DNA from: an uncultured Acidobacteriaceae bacterium
GTDB lineage: Bacteria; Acidobacteriota; Terriglobia; Terriglobales; Acidobacteriaceae
Direction of reading: 5' to 3'
Length of the DNA stretch: 64,000 bases
NCBI GenBank assembly: GCA_963749985.1
Contig: CAVVOS010000006.1
Coordinates: 429,590 to 493,589, forward strand
Position numbers and translations under genes: made by a program. The notes under the pieces were generated by a model, which was given only the letters and a program-made list of their open reading frames with translations, did not search any database and had not been told where the DNA came from. Every line of letters begins with the position of its first letter. The first letter of the stretch is position 1. This document shows, in pieces, positions 9,409-16,675 of the stretch.

Positions 9409-10821
9409 ATGAAGGTTCGCACCACACTTTTCGTAGCCGTCGCCCTGTCGTTACTCATCCCGGCCGGTGCACTCGCCGAGCTACTCCAACAGCCCGCGGT
9501 TCAGGCGCCCCAGGAACCCACTCCACCCGCCACCACCCAGACCACTCTTCCGCCCCCGTCCGCCCAGCCTCAAGGCTCCGCTCCACTGCGCGTCATGGTC
9601 GATAAGTCTCTGCTCATCAATACCACCGAGCGCATCAAACGCATCTCGGTCACCGACCCCTCGATCGCCGATCCCCAGGTACTTACTCCCACCCAGATCC
9701 TCGTCCACGGCCGCGCCCCCGGCGAAGTCTCTCTCATCATCTGGGACGAACTCGAGCGCTCCCGCAGCTTCGATCTCCGCGTCGACGTCGACGTCAGCGC
9801 CTGCGCCGAGGAAGAACACCGCATCTTTCCCGACGAGCAGATTTCCGTAACTCCTTCGCGCGCCGCCATTGTTCTCGCCGGCCACGTCACCACCGAAGAT
9901 GTCGCCAAGCGCGCCGGAGAACTCGCTTCCGCCTATTCCAAGAATGTCATCAACGTGCTCACCTTCGGCCCCGTGGGTGCTCAGGAAGTCCTGCTCGAGG
10001 TCAAGTTCGCCGAGGTTGACCGCAGCGCTCTCACCCAACTTGGCGCGAACGCCTTTTCCACCGGCGCCGCCAATCTGGTCGGAACTACCACCACCGGTCA
10101 ATACGGCGGCTTCGCCCCCCAGTCCATCACCCAAACCCAGGGACAAAACTCAAATTTCCAGATCAGCCAGACCGTCAATAACGTCCTCAACATGTTTCTT
10201 TTCTCGCCCAATCTCCACGTGGGCGCCGTCATCGAGGCCTTGCAGACCAAGAACCTTCTCCAGATCCTGGCTGAGCCCAATCTCATCGCCGTCAATGGCA
10301 AGAAAGCCAGTTTCCTCGCTGGCGGCCAATTTCCCTTCCCCATCGTGCAACCTGGACAGGGATTCACCGCCGTAACCATCTCCTTCAAGGAATTTGGCGT
10401 CAAACTCGAATTCACCCCCGTCATCATGCCCAACGGCAACATTCACCTCACCGTTGCCCCGGAGGTCAGCACCCTCGATTTTGCCGATGCTCTCACCATT
10501 TCCGGCTTCACCATCCCGGCCTTGAGTACCCGCAAAGCTGAAACCGAATTCGAACTGCGGGATGGACAAAGTTTCGTCATCGCCGGCTTGATCGACAATC
10601 GCGTCACCGACATCTGGAACAAGGTTCCCGGCCTCGGCGATATTCCAATCCTGGGCGCCTTTTTCAAAAGCAAGAGCATCCAGAAAAGTAATTCCGAACT
10701 GATGGTCCTGTGTACCGTGCACCGGATCTCCCCCAATGCCGAAACCCCGCCCGGTCCCAAGGACCCGGAACCTTTCATCAACAACGATAAATTCGACGGG
10801 AAAAAACCTTCTGGAAAGTAG
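9409..10821 (+). CDS. cpaC: Tad secretin CpaC/RcpA
   Basis: Signal peptide MKVRTTLFVAVALSLLIPAGALA. Secretin C-domain (LQILAEPNLIAVNGKKASFLAGGQFPFP...VPGLGDIPILGAFFKS). Confidence 0.92.
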   Translation: MKVRTTLFVAVALSLLIPAGALAELLQQPAVQAPQEPTPPATTQTTLPPPSAQPQGSAPLRVMVDKSLLINTTERIKRISVTDPSIADPQVLTPTQILVHGRAPGEVSLIIWDELERSRSFDLRVDVDVSACAEEEHRIFPDEQISVTPSRAAIVLAGHVTTEDVAKRAGELASAYSKNVINVLTFGPVGAQEVLLEVKFAEVDRSALTQLGANAFSTGAANLVGTTTTGQYGGFAPQSITQTQGQNSNFQISQTVNNVLNMFLFSPNLHVGAVIEALQTKNLLQILAEPNLIAVNGKKASFLAGGQFPFPIVQPGQGFTAVTISFKEFGVKLEFTPVIMPNGNIHLTVAPEVSTLDFADALTISGFTIPALSTRKAETEFELRDGQSFVIAGLIDNRVTDIWNKVPGLGDIPILGAFFKSKSIQKSNSELMVLCTVHRISPNAETPPGPKDPEPFINNDKFDGKKPSGK

Positions 10822-10840
10822 ACCATTCGAGCAAGATGCG

Positions 10841-11047
10841 TTTGGAATTCGCACGGAAGAAACAACGATGCAGCAGCGGTAGATTACCAGTGGCCAGTTA
10901 AAGGAAAACCCACTGGCAACTGGCAACTGGATACTGGCAACTGAGGGTGCTTTGGAACTCGCACGGAAGAAACAACGATGCAGCAGCGGTAGATCACCAG
11001 TTGCCAGTTAAAGGAAAACCCACTGGCAACTGGATACTGGCAACTGG
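10841..11047. repeat. Tandem ~110-bp duplication built from CCAGTTG/ACTGGCAACTGG motifs
   Basis: Two near-identical units (10841-10943 and 10951-11047): TTTGGAAYTCGCACGGAAGAAACAACGATGCAGCAGCGGTAGAT. The second contains a perfect 12-bp hairpin, CCAGTTGCCAGT (10997-11008) / ACTGGCAACTGG (11022-11033). Confidence 0.9.
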
Positions 11048-11056
11048 ATTTTCGCT

Positions 11057-12229
11057 ATGCCCGAGCTTTCTGTCGTCATCGTAGCCACCGACAACGAACA
11101 GCGCACCGTCCTCCAGGTGCTGGTCGATGGCACCAGTGTGGCCAGCACGGTTCATACCTGTGCCAGTTTTCCCGTCGCTGCCGCCGATCCCATCATGCGC
11201 CGCATCGAGGCCGCCCATCCTGACGTCCTCCTGGTTGATATTCCCGCCGATAATCCCGCCCCCGCCATGCGCGCCGTTGAACTCCTTCGCCAGGAACTTC
11301 CCGACTCCGCCGTGTTCGCCATCGGAAGCCTCAACCAGCCGCACGTCATCGTCAATGCCATGCGGGCCGGCGCTCGCGAGTTCATTGACCGCCCCACCAC
11401 CACCACCGACCTCCTCGAGGCCTTTGTTCGCCTCACCACCGCCCAACGCCGGGTTCAGAAAGAAGGCCCCCGCGGCAAAGTCTTCTCCGTCGTCAACGCC
11501 AAGGGTGGCAGCGGATCCACAACCGTAGCCGTCAACCTCGCCCTCGCATTGCAATCCGCTTACGGCCACACCGCCCTCATCGATCTCGCCCCCCTCGGAC
11601 ATACCGCGCTCCATTTGAATCTCAAACCTCTGTTCACCGTCGCCGACGCCACTCGCAATCTCCACCGCATGGATAGTTCCCTGCTTGAGAGTTTCATGAC
11701 CCGGCATGGCGGCGGCCTGCAGTTGCTCGCCGGTACCAACGCCCCCGCCGCCATCGAACCCTCCACCGCTGAATTTGTCCGGCTCTTCGACATGTTGGTG
11801 GGCCACTACCGCTATGTGGTCGTCGACATTTCCTCGCGCCTCGATGCCGCCAGCCGCCTCGTCGCCAATCTTTCCGAGTACGTGCTGCTCGTCGCCTGCA
11901 CCGACGTCGCTTCCCTCTGGAGTGCCGCCCGCGTGCAACAGTATCTCGGAGAAACCGGCAACCGCGAACGCGTCCGCCTCGTTCTCAACCGCTTCCGCAA
12001 AGTCCCCGGCTTCAGCGAAGCCGACGCCGAAAACGCCGCTGGCGTAAAATTGATTTGGCGCGTTCCCAATCAGTACTTTGCCATCTCCTCCGCCATCGAT
12101 CGCGGGTCGCCGGTCATGGAACAAAGTCACACGGACATTGCCCGTTGTTTTTCCGGCTTGGCTCAGGAACTGACCCGCGACGATGTCGACGTCAAACGCG
12201 CCGCCTGGTCGTTGTTCAAGAGCGTATAA
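11057..12229 (+). CDS. cpaE: Tad pilus localization ATPase-like protein CpaE/TadZ
   Basis: N-terminal receiver-like domain plus a MinD/ParA-like domain with the deviant Walker A NAKGGSGST. The missing signature Lys is as described for TadZ atypical ATPase domains. Confidence 0.85.
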   Translation: MPELSVVIVATDNEQRTVLQVLVDGTSVASTVHTCASFPVAAADPIMRRIEAAHPDVLLVDIPADNPAPAMRAVELLRQELPDSAVFAIGSLNQPHVIVNAMRAGAREFIDRPTTTTDLLEAFVRLTTAQRRVQKEGPRGKVFSVVNAKGGSGSTTVAVNLALALQSAYGHTALIDLAPLGHTALHLNLKPLFTVADATRNLHRMDSSLLESFMTRHGGGLQLLAGTNAPAAIEPSTAEFVRLFDMLVGHYRYVVVDISSRLDAASRLVANLSEYVLLVACTDVASLWSAARVQQYLGETGNRERVRLVLNRFRKVPGFSEADAENAAGVKLIWRVPNQYFAISSAIDRGSPVMEQSHTDIARCFSGLAQELTRDDVDVKRAAWSLFKSV

Positions 12230-12295
12230 GGTTTATTGAAAGATGCGGCTTTGCAAGGGTGCGGCTTAAAGGTTGCGGGAGAAATCGACTTTGCA

Positions 12296-12440
12296 CGTGA
12301 TTTTGGGTGGCGCTTGATTTTGGGTGCGCAGCGCACGCGATTTTGGGTGGCGCAGCGCCCCGGAGGGGCGTTTGACGATAGCCCGGCGCTTTCAGCGCCG
12401 GGTAAGGTGGGGATTTGAAGCGCGTCCCGGAGGGACGCTT
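12296..12440. repeat. Cluster of GC-rich REP-like hairpins in the cpaE-cpaF spacer
   Basis: Three hairpins: CGCCCC-GGA-GGGGCG (12355-12370), CCCGGCGC-TTTCA-GCGCCGGG (12382-12402), GCGTCCC-GGA-GGGACGC (12422-12438). They are preceded by three GATTTTGGGTG repeats. Confidence 0.75.
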
Positions 12441-12523
12441 GAACGTCTCACCCAGACTCTTCGGCGCTACCATAAGCGATTTGTTTTAAGAACGGCTTTA
12501 GCCGACACCGACCGATAAGACTT

Positions 12524-13819
12524 ATGGCCAATCTGCAGACCTTCGAACACAGCGAGTATCAGCAGGTAAAGGCCGATCTCCATCGCAAGATCCTCGACCG
12601 CCTTGACCTGGAAAAACTCGGCCGCACGGCCAACGACGCCGCCCGCGATGAAGTTCTCGTCCTCATCCGCAACTCGGTCAATAGCGAGGTCATTCCTCTC
12701 AGCTTTGCCGAACGCGAGCGCCTCTCCCGCGAAATCCTCGACGAAATCTTCGGCCTCGGTCCGCTCGAACCCCTGCTCAAGGACAACACCATCTCCGACA
12801 TTCTCGTCAATCGTTACGACCGGGTTTACATCGAGCGCGCCGGCAAACTCGAACTCACCGGCTTGTCCTTCAAGGACAACCAGCACCTCATGCAGATCAT
12901 CGAGCGCATCGTTTCCCGCGTCGGCCGCCGCGTCGATGAATCTTCCCCCATGGTCGACGCTCGCCTCGCCGATGGCTCCCGCGTCAACGCCATTATTCCT
13001 CCGCTGGCGCTCGACGGCGCTTGCCTCTCCATCCGCCGCTTCGGCCGCGATCCCGTCACCGCCCGCAACATGATCGAGAACCATACCCTCACCGAAGCCA
13101 TGCTCGAACTGCTCTCCACCATGGTCAAGGGACGTTTAAATCTGCTCATCTCCGGCGGCACCGGCGCCGGCAAAACCACCTTGCTCAATGTGCTTTCCGG
13201 CTATATCCCCAACGTGGAGCGCATTGTCACCATCGAGGACGCCGCCGAACTCCAGCTCAAGCAGGAGCACGTCGTCCGCCTCGAAACCCGCGCCCCCAAC
13301 ATCGAAGGCAAAGGCGCCGTCCGCCAGCGGCAACTGGTCATCAACAGCTTGCGTATGCGTCCCGACCGCATCGTCGTCGGCGAGGTCCGCGGCGAAGAGG
13401 CCTTCGATATGTTGCAGGCCATGAACACCGGACACGAAGGTTCCCTCACCACCGTCCACGCCAATTCCGTCCGCGACGCCCTGGCCCGCGTCGAGAACAT
13501 GGTTTCCATGGCCAATCTCAACATTCCCGAGCGCGCCGTCCGCCACCAGATCGCCTCCGCCATTCATGCCGTCGTGCAAGTCGCCCGCTTGTCCGACGGC
13601 ACCCGCAAGGTGATCTCTATTTCCGAAGTCACCGGCATGGAGGGCGACCTCATCGGCATGCAGGATATTTTCGTGTTTGAACGCCGCGCCATCGACGAAG
13701 CTGGCAAGGTGCGCGGAACCTTCCACGCTACCGGTCTCCGCCCCCAGTTCGCCGATCGCCTGGCCACCTTCGGCGCAAAATTGCGCCCCGCGTTATTCGA
13801 GTCGAAGACCGAAGTTTGA
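12524..13819 (+). CDS. cpaF: Tad pilus secretion ATPase CpaF/TadA
   Basis: T2SS/T4SS ATPase family: Walker [16 protein letters not shown], Asp/His boxes ([32 protein letters not shown]). Confidence 0.95.
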   Translation: MANLQTFEHSEYQQVKADLHRKILDRLDLEKLGRTANDAARDEVLVLIRNSVNSEVIPLSFAERERLSREILDEIFGLGPLEPLLKDNTISDILVNRYDRVYIERAGKLELTGLSFKDNQHLMQIIERIVSRVGRRVDESSPMVDARLADGSRVNAIIPPLALDGACLSIRRFGRDPVTARNMIENHTLTEAMLELLSTMVKGRLNLLISGGTGAGKTTLLNVLSGYIPNVERIVTIEDAAELQLKQEHVVRLETRAPNIEGKGAVRQRQLVINSLRMRPDRIVVGEVRGEEAFDMLQAMNTGHEGSLTTVHANSVRDALARVENMVSMANLNIPERAVRHQIASAIHAVVQVARLSDGTRKVISISEVTGMEGDLIGMQDIFVFERRAIDEAGKVRGTFHATGLRPQFADRLATFGAKLRPALFESKTEV

Positions 13820-13845
13820 GTTCGTTCGTTCGTAGTTTAGTTGGA

Positions 13846-13952
13846 TTGTCATCCTGAGCAAGCGTTCTTTGCGCAGCGAAGGATCTGGGCGAGCCGCGCG
13901 ATGTGTCGCGTTCTTTGCGACACAATAATCGCGCGTTTGGCTCGCTTCCTTA
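13846..13952. repeat. GTCATYC-family dispersed element (short copy of 6475..6648)
   Basis: TTGTCATCCTGAGCAAGCGTTCTTTGCGCAGCGAAGGATCTGGGCGAGCCGCGCGA...AATCGCGCGTTTGGCTCGCTTCCTTA. Confidence 0.85.
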
Positions 13953-13987
13953 TCCCCCTGCGGAGCTTTGCGAATGCCGACTGCCTT

Positions 13988-14956
13988 ATGCCAGCGCTGA
14001 TCGCTCTTCTCGTCTTCTTCTTCGTCGCTCTCGCGGCCTTTGCCGCTGGATCGCTCATCGATCAGCGCAACGCCCGCGCCCGCCTTATCAAAGACCGGCT
14101 CGCCACCGTTCAGAAAGCCCCCGAACGCGATCCCAACGAAGAACTCGCCCTGCTGCGCGACGAGCAACTCAGCCAGATCCCCGCCTTCGACACTCTGCTG
14201 CGGCGTTCCGCCCGCGTTTCCGCCGTCCAGGACGCGCTATTGCAGGCCGGCATGAAGTTTCGCGCCGGCAATTTCCTCATCTTATGCGTGTTCTGCGGTG
14301 TTCTCTCCGCCCTTGCCACCATCCTCTATACCAGGAATGCCCCCATCGCCACAGCCGCGCTCATCATCGGTGCTTTCCTTCCTTATTCGTTCATCTCCTA
14401 CCGCCGCCAGAAGCGCTTTGAGAAATTTGAGGAGCTTTTTCCCGAGGCCATCGACACTCTCGCCCGCGCCGTCCGCGCCGGTCACGCCTTCACCACCGCC
14501 CTCGAAATGATTTCCAACGAAATCGCCGACCCTCTCGCCACCGAGTTCCGCAAACTCTTTGAAGAACAGAAGTTCGGCATGCCCGTGCGCGATGCCCTCA
14601 TGAACCTCGCCGAGCGCGTTCCTCTGGTCGACGTGAAATTCTTCGTCACCGCCGTCATGCTGCAGCGCGAAACCGGCGGCAACCTCGCCGAAATTCTCGA
14701 TAACCTCTCTTACGTCATTCGCGAGCGCTTCAAGATTCAGCGCCAGGTCCGGGTTCACACCGCGCAAGGCCGCCTCACCATGGCCCTGCTCATGGCCATG
14801 CCCCCCACCGTGGTCGCCATTCTTTTCGTGTTCAGCCCGGAATTTGTCGCGCCTCTTTTTCACGATCCCATCGGCCACGCCCTCCTGGTGGCCAGTATTG
14901 CTTTGCAGACGACCGGCTATTTCGTGATCCGCAAGATCATTAAGATTCAGGTATAG
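13988..14956 (+). CDS. tadB: Tad pilus inner-membrane platform protein TadB
   Basis: T2SSF-type domain (FPEAIDTLARAVRAGHAFTTALEMIS...). The start is taken at internal Met MPALIALLVFFF, because the first 49 codons of track ORF 13841..14956 are repeat sequence. Confidence 0.85.
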   Translation: MPALIALLVFFFVALAAFAAGSLIDQRNARARLIKDRLATVQKAPERDPNEELALLRDEQLSQIPAFDTLLRRSARVSAVQDALLQAGMKFRAGNFLILCVFCGVLSALATILYTRNAPIATAALIIGAFLPYSFISYRRQKRFEKFEELFPEAIDTLARAVRAGHAFTTALEMISNEIADPLATEFRKLFEEQKFGMPVRDALMNLAERVPLVDVKFFVTAVMLQRETGGNLAEILDNLSYVIRERFKIQRQVRVHTAQGRLTMALLMAMPPTVVAILFVFSPEFVAPLFHDPIGHALLVASIALQTTGYFVIRKIIKIQV

Positions 14957-14968
14957 GGACTTCTAAAG

Positions 14969-15868
14969 ATGCCGTGGCTTCTAACCATCGTCGTATTCGT
15001 CACCGTCGTGCTGGTGGTGTTCGCCTTCGGCGCCGCCGTCGTCACTCCCTCTTCCACGCTGGGAGCCCGCTTGCGCGCCCTTGGCGGCCACCCCTCCATG
15101 GATCGCGAAAAGCCGGCACTCAAAGTCAGACAGCGCTTCGAGCAGGCCCTCGATCCCATCAGCAAAGCCATCCCTCTTTCTCCTTCCGACGTCTCCCGCA
15201 CCCGTCTCTGGCTGATTCAGGCCGGCCTTCGCGAACCCCGCCATCTCAGCTACTATTTCGGTTCCCGCATCATGCTCGCATTCCTCGGCCTCGCCGGCGT
15301 CGTGGCTTTTTCCGGCGTCGAGAGCATGCCCCTGCTGGTCTGCGTTCCCGCTCTCGGTTTCTTCATTCCCCGCTTCTTTCTCAAGCGCATGATCAAGGAC
15401 CGTCAGCAGCGCATCCGCATCGCGCTCCCCGACGCTCTCGATCTCACCGTCATTTGCGTCGAAGCCGGACTCGCCCTCGACCAGGCCCTCATGCGCGTCG
15501 GCCAGGATCTGCACCACGCTCATCCCGATCTCAGCGACGAATTTCATCTCGTCAACCTCGAGATGCGCGCCGGCAAGCCCCGCGCCGAAGCTCTGCGCAA
15601 TCTCGTCGAGCGCACCGGCGTCGACGACATTCGCGCCCTCGTCGGCACTCTTATCCAAACCGATCGCTTCGGCACCAGCGTCGCCCAGGCCTTGCGCGTC
15701 CACTCCGATTCCTTGCGCACCGCCCGCCGTCAGCGCGCCGAAGAGCAGGCCGCCAAAACCACCATCAAAATGGTTCCTCCCCTCGTCATATTCATTCTGT
15801 TACCCTTCCTCTTCGTCACCGTCGGTCCCGCACTCATTCAGGCCTATCACTCCCTCGTCAGCAAGTAG
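14969..15868 (+). CDS. tadC: Tad pilus inner-membrane platform protein TadC
   Basis: T2SSF-type domain (LPDALDLTVICVEAGLALDQALMRVGQDL...), with N- and C-terminal TM helices. Confidence 0.88.
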   Translation: MPWLLTIVVFVTVVLVVFAFGAAVVTPSSTLGARLRALGGHPSMDREKPALKVRQRFEQALDPISKAIPLSPSDVSRTRLWLIQAGLREPRHLSYYFGSRIMLAFLGLAGVVAFSGVESMPLLVCVPALGFFIPRFFLKRMIKDRQQRIRIALPDALDLTVICVEAGLALDQALMRVGQDLHHAHPDLSDEFHLVNLEMRAGKPRAEALRNLVERTGVDDIRALVGTLIQTDRFGTSVAQALRVHSDSLRTARRQRAEEQAAKTTIKMVPPLVIFILLPFLFVTVGPALIQAYHSLVSK

Positions 15869-15876
15869 CCGGTGGG

Positions 15877-16100
15877 GCAGCGGCGATTCAGTACCGGGAA
15901 GAACGGCAATTTACTACCGTTGAGCAACGGCGATTCAGTACCGTGGAAGAGCGGCGATTCAGTACCGTGGAAGAGCGGCGATTCAGCACCGTGGAAGAGC
16001 GGCGATTCAGCACCGTGGAAGAGCGGCGATTCAGCACCGTGGAAGAGCGGCGCTTCAGCGCCGCGTAAAGCTTCCAAAATGACTGGGGCTTTAGCCCCTG
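15877..16100. repeat. 24-bp tandem repeat x8 ending in a canonical REP hairpin
   Basis: Units GAGCGGCGATTCAG(T/C)ACCGTGGAA at 15877-16068. The last unit is the palindromic form GAGCGGCGCTTCAGCGCCGCGTAA, followed by GGGGCTTTAGCCCCTGAGG. Confidence 0.95.
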
Positions 16101-16153
16101 AGGAACGCCCTTGGGCGCCCGCGGCCGCACAACACTAACCCCAGGAGTCCTTC

Positions 16154-16543
16154 ATGCCGCAACCCATCCCGCACCCTCACGCCTTCAACCAAACCCGCCA
16201 GCGCTATCTCGCCACCAACCTCGCCGTGGCTCAGACCCACTGGACTCGCCTCCGCGGCCTCCTCGGAACCAAAGAAAGTGACTTCCGTAACGGTGCCGGC
16301 CTCTGGATTCGCCCCTGCCGCGGCGTTCATACTCTAGCCATGCGATTCCCCATCGACGTCGTCTACCTCGACCGCAGCGGCATCGTAGTTCACCTCGAGC
16401 CCAACCTCCACCCCTGGCGCTTCGCCCCCATCCGCCTGCAGGCGGCCTCGGTCCTGGAATTGCCTAGCCACACAATCGTTCAAACAGAAACCGCTTTGGG
16501 CGATAGAATTGAAATCAAGATAAAGGGGGAAGCCGGGCTTTGA
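16154..16543 (+). CDS. DUF192 domain protein
   Basis: LWIRPCRGVHTLAMRFPIDVVYLDRSGIVVHL...ASVLELPSHT matches the DUF192 pattern. Confidence 0.75.
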   Translation: MPQPIPHPHAFNQTRQRYLATNLAVAQTHWTRLRGLLGTKESDFRNGAGLWIRPCRGVHTLAMRFPIDVVYLDRSGIVVHLEPNLHPWRFAPIRLQAASVLELPSHTIVQTETALGDRIEIKIKGEAGL

Positions 16544-16545
16544 AA

Positions 16546-16645
16546 GGGTGCGGCTTCAGCCGCGCCGCGTAAGGCTTTTGGGTGGCGCAGCGCTTCAGCG
16601 CTGCGATAAGTTACTTGCTTTCAACCGGGGCTTTAGCCCCTGAGG
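16546..16645. repeat. Composite REP (three hairpin modules)
   Basis: GGGTGCGGCTTCAGCCGCGCCGCGTAAGG + GGTGGCGCAGCGCTTCAGCGCTGCGATAAG + GGGGCTTTAGCCCCTGAGG. The same modules recur at 16045-16100, 19228-19255, 22278-22345 and 24456-24533. Confidence 0.85.
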
Positions 16646-16675
16646 CTCATCCCCCGAAACACATTCAATAACTCC

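Noticed and set aside
15877-16068. CRISPR array (also considered for 19388..19638 and 26276..26366).
   Set aside because: The repeats are directly abutting with no unique spacers, the units are 15-85 bp, and there are no cas genes in the window.
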